A program made the translations under genes and the position numbers. A stretch of 63,417 bases of DNA, counting the filler, from Chiloscyllium plagiosum (taxonomy: Eukaryota): assembly GCF_004010195.1 (NCBI RefSeq). It is 5 parts of one record of this genome, joined end to end, with 100 filler letters (N's around TTAATTAATTAA, not from the genome) between each part and the next. Parts side by side here need not be neighbours in the genome. Positions count along the whole stretch, not along the records: positions 1 to 13,237 come from NC_057711.1; 4 more parts are not named here. One strand, 5' to 3'. Under the pieces are notes generated by a model. The model was given only the letters and a program-made list of their open reading frames with translations, was not told the origin of the DNA and made no database searches. Shown piece by piece: positions 1 through 12,750 of this stretch (position 1 is the stretch's first letter; every line of letters starts with the position of its first letter).

Positions 1-219
1 GTATGGAATGAGCTGCCAGAGAAAGTGGTGGAGGCTGGTACAATTGCAACATTTAAGAAGCATTTGGATGGGTATATGAATAGGAAGGGTTTGGAGGGAT
101 ATGGGCTGGGTGCTGCCAGGTTGGACTAGATTGTGTTGGGATATCTGGTCGGCATGGACGGGTTGGACCGAAGGGTCTGTTTCCATGCAGTACATCTCTT
201 TGATTCTATGACTCTATGA
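1..219 (+). mobile_element. CR1 (HER1-like) LINE 3' end
   Basis: ORF2 C-terminal motif WNELPEKVVEAGTIATFKKHLD, a 3' UTR, and a (CTATGA)-type tandem tail. Confidence 0.85.
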
Positions 220-781
220 CCAGGATGGGGACTTAATGAGGAAGAACGGTGTATTTGGAATGTGAACTCCATTCCCCTCCCGCTAATGCAGGAAAGAATG
301 AATTGACTTTAGCAGACCCATGGTGGGTCTTCATGGGTGTTCCTGTTTTGGCAGCCTGTGTCCAATAGAGGGACCCACTGCTGCAGGTCCCTGCCCTAAC
401 TTGACAACACCCTCTACCACCCGATATTGGGGCCTCTCTCATAGGCTTTATTGAGGCCCCCATCACTTACCATCATTCTGCAGCTTTCGTAATGTTCCTC
501 TTACTGGACTTTCTGAAGTATCCACAGTGGCCACCATTCTTTTTAAAGCTGCTTGTTAAAGTCTCTGTTCTTGCCTATATTCATGGACCTAGAAACATGA
601 CACACAAACACATACACCCAGAGACACACATGGACACACTATGCCATGGGAATATCAAGTAATTCACTCCTAGTAGCTACTCCCAAGACAGCCCTAGAAA
701 TTATTTAGAAAAATCCGGAGATGTGAGGCGATAATCCTGCCCTGGGTTGTAAGCTCCACAGCCTTGGGTTAGGTATCTAAC

Positions 782-1168
782 AACATATTTAACATTGACA
801 ACAAAGTAAATCTGAACTGCAGGACCTCAAAGCTTAGTAGTTCCTGACATTAATCCTTCTTATCTGTTCAGACATGTAAGGTTTAGGGCAGAGCTCCTCC
901 ACAATCAGATCTACTAAAAGAATCCTGTATAGGTAAGCCTAGATCCAGTCTATTGAGCCTCTTCAAGTCTCCAACAGGTGGATCAACATCCATTTTTGTA
1001 ATGCTAGGAGTTTGCTGGAATGGTCATGTTTTATTTCTGTGGTTGTGTATTGGTCATTTCTCCAAGACATTTTGTTTTTGTCATATTAGATATAAAAATG
1101 ATTTATTAACCCATTTATTCTGGTACACAAGATAGAACATCTGTGTTATGTTCTTATTTCCTGGTGAT
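782..1168 (+). repeat. Direct repeat copy 1 (~387 bp)
   Basis: Aligns end to end with 1788-2173 at about 90% identity by manual count. Confidence 0.9.
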
Positions 1169-1787
1169 CCAAGGAAGATCAAAGTCTAAAGTCTTAGGAT
1201 ATATTAGTCTGAACATTCTTCCTGCTATACAGTGGAGTACCTGCTCCACATCTGTGCTTGTGTATCTATATGTAAAATATCATTATACTTGTAGAGAAAC
1301 AGACTTCTGTATTAACATGTATATTCAATTTCTGTAAGTTGATAATGAAGTGAAATAAATTAGGCAATGAAACAAAGTGCAGAGAATACTCTCATTACAG
1401 AATTAGAAATTAAAATCATTATGGCCATCAGGTTGTAGTGACTACCAATAAATTTAGTAATAAATGTGCTCTTATATTTCCATTCTTAATTAACACAGGA
1501 ACATTAGGTAGTCACTCTTAATGATGTTTTACTTGTTAACCTTGCTGCTGGTTAGTACAGCGTGGTTTGAAAAATGTTCTTTAGATTGTTGTCATGGAGA
1601 AGAGGCAGGTATGAATTGAATTGGTTTTACCATTTTACTATAACAGACGTGGGGTGTAGGTGTGGTCAGAGGGAGTGAAGGATGATGTGGTTGATAGTCA
1701 GTGTGAGTGATGAGAGTGTGGATGGGTGGTGATCAGTGTGAGTGACAGGAAATGGGTGGTAGTCAGTGTGGGTGACAGGAATGTCGG

Positions 1788-2173
1788 AACATATGTAACA
1801 TTGATAACAAAGTAGATCTGAACTGTAGAACCTCAGAGCTTAGTAGTTCCTGACATTAGCCCTTCTTGTCTGTTCAGACATGTAAGGGTTAGGGCAGAGC
1901 TCCTCCACCATCAGATCCTACTAAAATAATTCTATGTAGGTAAACCGAGGTCCAGTCTATTGAGCCACTTCAAGTCTCCAACAGGTGGATCGGCATCCAT
2001 TTTTGTAATGCTAGGAGTTTGCTGGAATGGTCATGTTTTATTTCTGTGGTTGTGTATTGGTCATTTCTCCAAGACATTTTATTTGTGTCACATAGGTATA
2101 AAATGATCTATTAACCCATTTATTCTGGTACCCCAAATAGAAAGTCTGTATCATGTTCTTATTTCCTGGTGAT
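1788..2173 (+). repeat. Direct repeat copy 2 (~386 bp), embedded in a GT-rich minisatellite
   Basis: Aligns with 782-1168. Flanked on both sides by GTGTGAGTGA/GGGTGGT-type repeats (about 1650-1785 and 2174-2215). Confidence 0.9.
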
Positions 2174-2705
2174 GTGGGTGGTGGTGAGTGTGAGTGATGA
2201 TGGAGAGGGTGCAGTTGTGCATTTGTCAAGGAGTTAGGCCAGGACCTCTCCATTTAATATATTCTGGGTAATATTGTAAGTAAGTTGGAACCGTGTCAGA
2301 ATGTTCTGAGAAACGTCCGAGTGATCCTGAGGCACATGTGTGTCCAGTTTGTTAGTTTTTGATATATGGCACATTTACATCAGTATTTCTCATTGTCTAT
2401 TTATGATATTTATTTCTGTACATAAGATGAAAATTAGCTGGTGCTTCATATATAGGAACAGAATGGAATTGATTTTGGGTGAGGAGGCGCACACTGCTCC
2501 ATAAGTAACTGCTGATGGAAGAATGTAAACAATGGCTCTAATTATATCTTTAACCACCTGACTTTCTGGAAAATATGCAATTGGTGGTGGAAGTACTGTC
2601 TTTTTCAAAAGGTGTTGGATATTTACTAGTAAGGGACAAATGTATAGGATTATAGGGAATGGAATAGCTTTCCAAAATGAGTCAACATCACAAAATCTGC
2701 AAAAT

Positions 2706-5340
2706 TAGACAATAGACAATAGGTGGAGTAGGCCATTCGACCCTTAGAGCCAGCACCATCATTCATTATGATCATGGCTGATCATCCACAATCAGTATCC
2801 TGTTCCTGCCTTATCCCCATAACCCTTGATTCCACTATCTCTAAGAGCTCTATCCATCTCTTTCTTGAAATTATCCAGAGACTGGGCCTCCACTGCCTTC
2901 TGGGGCAGAGCATTCCATACACCCACCACTCTCTGGGTGAAGAAGTTTCTCCTTAACTCTGTTCTAAATGGCCTACCCCTTATTTTTAAACTGTATCCTC
3001 TGGTTCAGGACTCACCCATCAGCAGAAACATGCTTCCTGCCTCCAGAGTGTCTAATTCATTGATAATTTTATACATCTCAATCAGATCCCCTCTCATCCT
3101 TCTAAACTCAAGTGTATACAAGCCCAGTTGCTCCAATCTTTCAACATATGCTAGTCCCGCCATTCCGGGAATTGACCTTGTGAACCTACGCTGCACTCCC
3201 TCAATAGCCAGAATGTCCTTCCTCAAATTTGGAGACCAAAACTGCACACAATACTCCAGGTGTGGTCTCACCAGAGCCCTGTACAGCTGCAGAATGACCT
3301 CTTTGCTCCTGTACTCAATTGCCCTTGTTATGAAGGTCAGCATGCCATTAGCTTTCTTCACTGCCTGCTGTACCTGCATGCTTGCTTCCATTGACTGATG
3401 TGGAAGAACACCTGGATCTCGTTGTACTTCCCCTTTACGTAACTTGACTCCATTTAGATAGTAATCTGCCTTCCTGTTCTTGCCACCAAAGTGGATGACC
3501 CCACATTTATCCACATTAAACTGCATCTGCCATGCACCCGTCCAATCATCTAGCCTGTCCAAGTCACCCTGTATTCTCATAACATCCTCCTCACATTTCA
3601 CCCTGCCACCCAGCTTTGTGTCATTAGCAAATTTGTCATTATTACTTTTAATGCCTTCATCTATATCATTGATGTATATTGTAGACAGCTGCGGTCCCAG
3701 CACCGAACGTTGTGGTACCCCACTGGTCACCGCCTGCCATCCCGAAAGGCATCTATTTATCACTATTCTTTGCTTCCTGTCAGTCAGCCAATTTTCAATC
3801 TAAGTCAAAACCTTACCTCCAATACCATGTGCCCTAACTTTGCTCACTAATCTCCTGTGTGGGACCTTATCAAAGGCTTTCTGAAAGTCCAGTACACTGC
3901 ATCCACTGGCTCTCCCTTGTCTGTCTTCATTGTTACATCCTCAAAACAATTCCAGAAGATTAGTCAAGCACAATTTCCCCTTCGTAAATCTGCTGACTCT
4001 GACCTATCCAGTTACTGCTATGCAAATGAGTCATAATTTCATCTTTCATAATTGACTCTAGCATCTTTTCCAACACTGACGTCAGGCTAACCGGTCTATA
4101 ATTCCCTGTTTCCTCTCTCCCTCCCTTCTTGAAAAGTGGGACAACATTAGCCACCCTCCAATCCGCAGAAACTGATCCTGAATTGATAGAACATTGGAAA
4201 ATGATTACCAATGCGTCCATGATTTCTAGAGCCACCTCCTTAAGTACCCTGGAATGCAGCCCATTAGGTCCCGGAGACTTATCAGCCTTTAGACCTAGCA
4301 GTCTATCCAACACCATTTCCTGCCTAATATAAATTCCCTTCAGTTCATCCATTACCCTAGATCCTTCAGCCACTATTACATCTGGGAGATTGCTTGTGTC
4401 TTCCCCAGTGAAGACAGAGCCAAAGTATTTATTCAACTCTTCTGCCATTTCCTTGATCCCCATCTGAAATTTGCCCATTTCTGTCTTCTAGGGCCCAATT
4501 TTAGTCTTATCCATTTTTTCCTTTTCACATACCTAAAAAAGCTTTTACTATCCTCCTTTATATTTTTTGGCCAGTTTGTCTTTGTACCTCATTTTTTTCT
4601 CCACGTATTGCCTTTTTAGTCATCCTTTTTTGCTGTTTAAAAGTTTCCCAGTCCTCTGCCTTCCCACTCATCTTTGCTATGTTATACTTCTCTTTTATCC
4701 TTATACAGTCCTTAACTTCCCTCGTCAGCCATGGCCTCCTCTTAGGATCTTTCTTCCTCTTTGGAAAGAACCGTTCCTGCACCTTCTGCATTATATCCAG
4801 AAATATCTGCCATTGTTGTTCCACTGCCATCCCTGCTAGGGTATTGAACCAATGAACTTTGGCCAGCTCCTCCCTCATAGCTCCATAGTTCCCTTTGTTC
4901 AACTGCAACACTGACACTTCTGATTCTCCTTTCTCCCTTTCAAATTGCAGATTAAAACTTATCATACTATGGTCACTACCTCCTAATGGCTCCTTTACTT
5001 CGAGGTCCCTGATCAAATCTAGTTCATTGCACAGCACCAGATCCAGAACTGCCTTCTCCCTGGTAGGTTCCAGTACAAGCTGTTCTAAGAATCCATCTTG
5101 GAGGCATTCCACAAACTCCCTTTCTTGGGGTCCAGTGCCATTCTGATTCTCCCAGTCTACCCGCATGTTGAAATCCCCCTTAACAACTGTAGTGTTATCT
5201 TTGCGACAGGCCAATTTCAACTCCTTGTTCAACTTACACCCTACGTCCAGACTACTGCTTTGGGGCCTTTAGATAACTGCCATTAGGGTCTTTCTACCCT
5301 TAGAATTTCTCAGCTCTATCCATAATGACTCTACATTTCA
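2706..5340 (-). mobile_element. CR1 LINE, 5'-truncated ORF2 (endonuclease C-terminal part plus RT), frameshifted
   Basis: ORFs 4558-5232 (GDFN...GGSDHS endonuclease), 3960-4478 (KSPGPNG...GNYRPVSLTS) and 3005-3763 (SGVPQ...KFANDTK...RPHLEYCVQFWSP); ACAATAG tandem tail at 2706-2722. Confidence 0.92.
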
Positions 5341-5519
5341 CAGCTCTATCCACAATGACTCGACAGTATGCCTTCATTTATGCTACACAATTCTGTAAAG
5401 GTTGTTAATTGATCCTCTAACTTGCATATCTCTTTTACATTCAGGTAACCTATCTACAGCTAAACTTGAATGTCCCATTGACCACAGTTATAACCTCACC
5501 CTTCCCCTCCCCATAGAAT

Positions 5520-5990
5520 GATGATAAGGCCTCCTTTGTTCATATCCTACACCCTTCTGAATCTTCTCTCTCTCTCTCTCTCTCTCTCACTCACTCACAC
5601 ACAATCACCCCCATCAATTGCTCTTTTTTTCCTCAGCATCTTGTCCGGCAATTGCAACATCTGCCCTTTTAGTACACCCATCCCACTACCCAAAGTGTCA
5701 AACACTTCCTGCTGGATGAGACAGTGGCTTACTTGTGGTTCTCCCAAAATGTCGTATATTTTGGTTTACAATGCAGTCTCCTCTACATGCTTTAATGATT
5801 GTCTCCATGCACTCCACAGGTGTGACATTGACTTTCTGGTCACAGAGAATTCTCTGTTCAATTCCCACTTCTCTATCCTTGGCTTCCTACACTTTTCCTG
5901 AATGATGCTGAACCCATTCTTAAGAAAAATAAGTTGAATTTTTAACTGGACACTTAACTGCCAAACTTACGAATAATTTTAACAATGTCA
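5520..5990 (+). mobile_element. Highly degenerate Penelope-like element remnant (GIY-YIG region), includes a (TC)n tract
   Basis: Remote resemblance to the PLE endonuclease region (CNICP...). No intact ORF. Confidence 0.35.
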
Positions 5991-6919
5991 GACCAAAGCC
6001 ATCACTGCCATTTTCTTTTGTACAGAAGTTCTGATAATAAAGGACGGGTTTGATGGATCTTCAGAATTGGTGTGAGATAGAATGATGCTTGGACATTCTC
6101 GATTGGTGTGTGACTGGTGAGGTCATCTCTATCTGTGGTTTTCACATCTTTTTCTTCCATCACATTGCTGGGCCATGGAAATCATCTCAGCATTGTGCAA
6201 TATTCCAAACTCCATCATGTGGAAAATGGTTGGGAATGCATTAATCACTTTTGATTATTTTACTTTCTACTAAAACCAAGACTGGGTAATGACTAGCTGC
6301 TTGCGCGATAAGATCAGAACTACCCCTCAGGTTACCTCATTCGTAATCAGGGACATAATGATTATAAAATGCTGGCAATATATATAATTTACATTTGCAT
6401 CTAAAAAGAAAAATGGCTTATGTTGAGGATGAATCTGTCTGATCCCTTTCCTCTGCTTCACAAAATGATACAATACAAGCAATTGCTTTCCCAAGCATTA
6501 AATCCAGAGGCTTTCCAGATGAAGTTGTATAATTAAAGAATGATCTCAATATGACTGTGAATGTGAGGAGTGCTTACGCTTTTTCCATTTTGACACTTGA
6601 GCCTTCTAAACCCCAAGAATAGATTATTACCTTGGAATATTGCTATCTGTCACTAAAGAAAACTTGATCAAGCACTCTTTTTATAAAAGCATACATTTTC
6701 CAGTCCATTTTACCTCTTGAAAGCATTGACAGGTTGTTAGCTCCATTCCTGTAAGTGGCACAAACCGTTATTGTGCTTTTATCAAAACCTTTAATTTGCT
6801 AGCAACTATGGCATGACATCACAGACAAGCTGATCCACTCCTCAACCTAATTCAGCCAAGCATATTTAATACAGGGATTCATTGGTTAAGATTTAGGAGA
6901 GTGAAATCTAGCCAACATT

Positions 6920-7765
6920 TAGAGTCATTGAGTCTTAGAAATGTACAGCACGGAAACAGATCCTTCAGTCCAACTCGTCCATGCCAACCAGATATTCTAA
7001 TCTAATCTAGTCCCAATTGCAGGCACTTGGCCCATATCCCTCTAAACCCTTTCTATTCATATACCCATCTAGATGCCTTTTAAATGTTGTAATTGTACCG
7101 GCCTCACCATTTCCTCTGGCAGCTCATTCCATACACACACCACTCTCTGCATAAAAATGTTGCCCCTTAGATCCTTTTTATATCTTTCCCGCTCACGCTA
7201 AACCTACACTATTTAGTTCTGGACTCTCCCACCCCAGGGAAAAGATCTTGTGTATTTATCCTATCCATGCCCCTCATGATTTTATAAACCACTATAAGGT
7301 TACCTCAGCTTCCGACACTTCAGGGAAATTAGCCCCAGCCTATTCAACCGCTCCCTGTAACTCAAATCCTCCAACCCTGGCAACATCTGTGTGAATCTTT
7401 TCTGAACCCTTTCAAGTTTCACGACATCCTTCCGAGAGGAAGGAGACCAGAATTGCACACAATATTCCAAAAGTGGCCTAATCCATGTCCTGTACAGCCG
7501 CACCATGACCTCCGAACTCCTATACTCAAAGCTCTGACCAATAAAGGAAAGCATACCAAATGCCTTCTTCACTTTCCTATCTACCTGCAACTCTACTTTC
7601 AAGGAACTATGAGCCTGCACTCCAAGGTCTCTTAGTTTAGCAACACTCCCCAGGACCTTACCATTAAGTGTATAAATCCTGCTCTGATTTGCTTTTACAA
7701 AATGCAGCACCAAGCATTTATCTGAATTAAACTCCATCTGCTTCTCCTCAGCCAATTGGCCCATC
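6920..7765 (-). mobile_element. CR1 LINE 3' fragment
   Basis: ORF 7300-7764 (QMEFNSDKC...RPLLEYCVQFWSP); AGAGTCAT-type tail at about 6920. Confidence 0.9.
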
Positions 7766-9302
7766 TCTCTTCCTTAACTCAGCGTTCCTGAGATCAATTT
7801 GTAATAACCTTCTGCTAACCCCAAACTGGGGTCACCTAATTCAGGACAGATCTCGGATCATACATGGAACTCAACAACTGAATATATTAAGGCTACTGAG
7901 CAATGAGGTATCAAACACTGAAATCCTGAACTGAATATATTTGGCTGAGGCACTGCTGTTTTTGTCTATTCCAGGTTTATGAGGTAAGCTGGCAATCGAA
8001 CTGACAGCTGAAATAGTACAGTGTGACATTCACAGAAGGTTATTAACCTTGGAGTACAATTACTGAAGGAAAGTTAACTGTAGAAAAATTATGTGCCCAG
8101 TGAAACCTATATATCATTTCAGAAAAAAGAGAGTTTGCATTTATATGTTTTGTAAGCAGAATTCAAAAGACTTCATCTGAATTAAATTGCTCTGAAGTGC
8201 AATGATTGTTATCACAAAGGCAAAGAAAACACCGTGGAGGCAGTGGTGTATTTGTATTGTCACTGGGCTGGTAATCCAAAGGCTGAGGCTAACTCTCTGG
8301 CCGATAGTCAAACTCCAGCCCTGTCAACCTGCAAAGCTCTCCTTATGCCAAAGTTATGAGAGTTTTCTGAAAGACTAGTCCTTTGAGGAACAAGAATAGT
8401 ATTAATATCAACAATACCAGGAGCAGCCATTTTGATGTTGTGGTGATGAGTGAGACTTGGTGTTCACTAAAAGTCAAGAAGTAAAGAAAACTGTAGGGAT
8501 AGCAGTGTTGGATTGAGCTAAGAGATACAATTACATGACTGGGTGTATTCAACAGGCCACCAACTAATGGGACAGGTATAGCGGAACCAATTTGGAAGTA
8601 AATTACAAACATTTGCAAGAATTATAAAAGCTAAGAGGGCCAAGGACTCAAGTTGGACTCAATTATGTATCTCTCTTCACAGATGCTACTTGCCCTTGCT
8701 GAATTTCTCCAGCATCTTTTTGTTTTTATTTACAAGTTTCCATGAGTATTGAAGTATGTTTGTCCAAAGACAAAGGAGGCACTGCTTTTATTTTCAAAAC
8801 TATACTTTGATAACATTTTTAAACAAAATTACAGTAAAAACATTTAACTTTTAATATTCTGGAACTTGCAAGAAAATTTAATAGGAACAATTGTACCAGT
8901 TTCCACAATAAGCAAATGCACTCCACACCTGGCATGCAGCCTGAGGGCAAAACATTTTAAATCATAAATTACAGAATATGCAATAGATAAAGCTTTCTGT
9001 ACAACATGTTTTACTCTGAGCTGCTTTTTTACTTTTTAAATACTTTTGAGACATTGTTGCATTTGTTTCTGGGGAGTGAGGTGTGTCAATTGGATCATAT
9101 AGCTACACAGGAACATTTAGGGGCAATGATCTGAAGAAACTAATAAGGAGTAATCCAGAGTCAAAATAATTAATTAGGGAAAGGCCGACTTCACTGGGGT
9201 GAGAATGGGTTTGGCTCAATTAAATTGGGTCAAACATCATCAGGCAAAACTGTATTGGAGCAGTAGACTATCTGTCAAGGAGATGAGGGGTTTTTATTGT
9301 TA

Positions 9303-9393
9303 AGATTAGAGTGGTGCTGGAAAAGCACAGCAGGTCAGGCAGCATCCGAGGAGCAGGAAAATCGCCGTTTCGGACAAAAGCCCTTCATCAGGA
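9303..9393 (-). mobile_element. PLE terminal-repeat fragment with hammerhead core
   Basis: Reverse complement reads CCTGATGA-AGGGCTTTTGTCC-GAAACGGC, followed by the GATGCTGCCTGACCTGCTGTGCTTTTCCAGCACCAC family tail. Confidence 0.75.
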
Positions 9394-9597
9394 AAAAGAC
9401 AGATTTCCAGAATGGGGAACTTGATGGACAGCCAACAGAAAAGGGAATCTAAGAGACTTCTGTAGGCATAGACACCTGGTGTGTTTCAGATTGATTAGGA
9501 AGGGATTTGAGATAAGCTGACCATGCTTAAAGTTTATAAGATACCAGAGCAATAAGATGTATCCAATCAAACTAATGGAAGTGAACTTAAAAAAAAA

Positions 9598-12500
9598 ATT
9601 TATTCATTTGTGAGATATGGGCATCACTGGCTGCCAATCCCTAGTTGCCCTTGAGAAGGTGTTAGTGAGCTATCTTCTTGAACTGTTGCTGTCCACCTGC
9701 TGTGGTTGACCCACAATGCTGTTAGGGAGAGGTTTCCAGGATTTTGACCCAGTGACAGTGAAGGAATAATGATATATTTCCAAGTCAGGATGGGGAATGG
9801 CTTTGAGGGAAACTTGAAGGTGATGGTATTCTCATATATCTGCTATCCTTATCCTTTTAGATGGAAGTGGTCATGAGTTTGGAAGGTGCTGTCTGAGGAT
9901 CTTCAGTGAATTTCTGCAGTCCATATTGTAGTTAGTACACACTACAGCTGCTGAGTATCGGTAGAGAAAGGAGTGAATGCTTATGGATGTACTGCCAATC
10001 AAGCGGGCTGTTCTATCTAGATGGTGTCAAGCGTCGTGAGTGTTGCTGGGTCTGTGCTTATCCAGGCAAATGGGGAGTATTCCATCACACTCATGACTTA
10101 TGCCTTGTAGATGGTGGACAGGCTTTGGGGAGTTAGGAGGTGAGTTACTTGCCACAGTACTCCTAGTCTCTGACCTGCTCTTGTAGCCACTGTGTTTATG
10201 TGGTGAGTCCAGTTGAGTTTCTGGTCAATGATGACCTCCAGGATGTTGATAGTGGGGGATTCAGTGATGGTAACATCAAGAGGCAGTGGTTAGATTGTCT
10301 CTTATTGGTGATGGTCACTGCCTGACATTTGTGTTTTGCAAATGTTACTTGCCACTTGTCAGCCCAAGCCTGGATATTGTCCAGATCTTCTTATATTTGG
10401 ACATGGACTGCTTCAGTATCCGAGAAGTTGTGAATGATGCTGAAAATTGTGTAATCATCGGCTAACATCCCCACTTCTGAGCTTATGATAGAGGGAAGGT
10501 CATTGATGAAGCAGCTGAAGATGGTTGGGCCCTACCCTGAGGCACTCCTGTACAAATATCCTGGAGCTGAGATGACTGATCTCCAACAACCATGACCATT
10601 TTCCTTTGTGTCAGGTATGACTCCAACCACTGGAGAGTTTTCCCCTTGATACCCATTGATTCCAGTTTTGCTAGGGCTGCTTGATGCCACATTTGGCTGA
10701 ATGCAGCCTTTATGTCAAGGGCTGTCACTCTCATCTCATCTCTGGAATTCAGCTCTTTTGTCCATGTTTGAACCAAGGCTGTAATGAGATCAGGAGCTGA
10801 GTGGCCCTGGTTGATCCCAAATTTGGCTTACGCCTAGTTTGGTTATTGCTAAGCAGGTGCTCCTCAATAGCACTGTTGATGACACCTTCCATCACCTTAC
10901 TGATAATCAAGAGTAGACTGATGTGGTGGTAATTGGCCAGGTTGGATTTGTCCTGCTTTTAATGTACAAGACATAGCTGAGCAATTTTCTACATTGTCAG
11001 GAAGATGCCAGTGTTGTAACTGTACTGGAACAGCTTAGCCATGGGAGCAGCATGTTCTAGAGCACAGGTCTTCGGTACTATTGCAGGAATGTTGTCAGGG
11101 GTCAGAGCCTTTTCAGCATCCAGTGTCTGCAACCATTTCTTGCTATTATGTGGAGCAAATCGAATTGACTGAAGACTGGTATCTGTAATGCTGGGGATGA
11201 CTGCAGGAGGCCGAGGTGGATCATCCACTTGGCACTTCTGGCTGAACATTGCTGCAAAAGCTTCCTGAAGAAGGGCTTGTGCCCGAAACATTGATTCTCC
11301 TTCTCCTTTGATGCTGCCTGACCTGCTGCGCTTTTCCAGCAACACATTTTTAAGCTCTGATCCCCAGCATCTGCAGTCCTCACTTTCTCCTTGCAAAAGC
11401 TTCAGCCTTATCTTTTGTACTGATGTGCTGGGCTCTTCTGTCATTGAGGATGGGGATATTTATGGTGCCCCCTCCTCCTCTAGTGAATTGTTTAATTGTC
11501 CACCACTATTCACAACTGGATATGGCAGGACTGCAGAGTTTAGATCTCATCTATTGGTTGTGGAATCGCTTAGCTCTATCTATAACTTGCTGCTTATAAT
11601 GTTTGGCATGCAAGTAGTCCTGTTTGGTGGCTTCACCAGGATGGAACCTCATCTTTAGTTATGTCTGGTGCTGCTTCTGGCGTGTCTTCCTGCACTCTCC
11701 ACTGACCAAGGATTGATCTCCTAGATTGATGGTAATGGTTGAGTGGGGGATATGCCAGAACATGAGGTTAAGATCATGCTGTGTACAATTCTGCAGCTGT
11801 TAATGGCCCACAGCACCTCATGGATATCCAGACTTGGGTTGCTTGATTTTTTTCAAAGTCTGACCCATTTAACGTGGTAATAGTGCCGCACAACACGATA
11901 GAGTTTATCCTCAATTTGAAAGTGAGACTTCGTCTCCACAAGGACTGTACGGTGGTCGCTCTTACTGATACTGTCATAAACAGATGCATCTGCAACTGGC
12001 AGATTGGTAAGGATGAGGTCAAGTATGTTTTTTCCCTCTTGTTGGTTCCCTCACCACCTGCTGCCGACCCAGTCTAGCAGTTACATCCTTTAGGACTCTA
12101 CCAGACCAATCAGTAATATTACTGCCGAGATACTCTTGGTAGTGGTCATTGAAATCCCCCACCCAGACTAAATTTTGTGCTCTTGCCATCCTCAGTGCTT
12201 CCTCAAAGTTTTTTTCAATGTGGAGGAGTACTGATTGATTAGCTGAGGGAGGATGGTACGTGGTTGTCAGCAGGAGGTTTCCTTGCCCATTTTTGACCTG
12301 AAGCCTAGGGTCCGGAGTCAATGTTGAGGACTCCCAGAACAACACCCTCCTCACTGTATACTACTGTGCTGCCACCACAGCCAGTATGACAGGGATGGTG
12401 ATGATGGTGACTGGGACATTATCTGTAAGGTATGATTCTGCCAGTGTGACTATGCTAGGCTGTTGCTTGACTAGTTTCTGAGACCGAATTATGACACTAG

Positions 12501-12750
12501 CTCCCAAATGTTAGTAAGGAGGTTTGCAGAGTTGACAGATCTGTTTCTGCTGTTGTCTTTTCTGGTGCCTCAGTCATTTCCAGGTGATCCACCCAGTTTA
12601 ATTTCTTTATGACTATAGCGATTGATGCAACTGACTGGCCTGCTAGACCATTTCAGAAGGCAATTAAGAGTCAAACAGGATATTGTGAATCTGGAGTCAC
12701 ATATAGGCCACGTGAAAATGGCAGATTTCCTTCCCTGAAGGACATCAGCA
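9598..12750 (-). mobile_element. Second LINE family (CR1/L2 group), long decayed copy with EN and RT
   Basis: ORF fragments: WVGDFN...VVREPTRGK (EN), KALTPDNIPAIV, ALDIKAAF...GVPQG (RT). Its 3' end differs from the HER1-type CR1 copies. Clade assignment is tentative. Confidence 0.8.
11265..11391 (+). mobile_element. PLE mini-insertion with hammerhead core, 12-bp TSD
   Basis: TGCAAAAGCTTC at 11253-11264 and 11392-11403; the insert begins CTGAAGA-AGGGCTTGTGCCC-GAAAC. Confidence 0.85.

Noticed and set aside
1650..1785. Short periodic repeats as a possible CRISPR-like array
   Set aside because: Degenerate GT-rich minisatellite without unique spacers, in a vertebrate genome.
2826..3398. 190-aa plus-strand ORF and similar short ORFs throughout
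   Set aside because: Antisense or alternative-frame shadows of CR1, SINE and PLE sequence that recur with each repeat copy.
6390..6402. Octamer motif ATTTGCAT as a possible immunoglobulin promoter
   Set aside because: No leader, V exon or recombination signal sequence nearby, and an 8-mer is expected by chance in AT-rich DNA.
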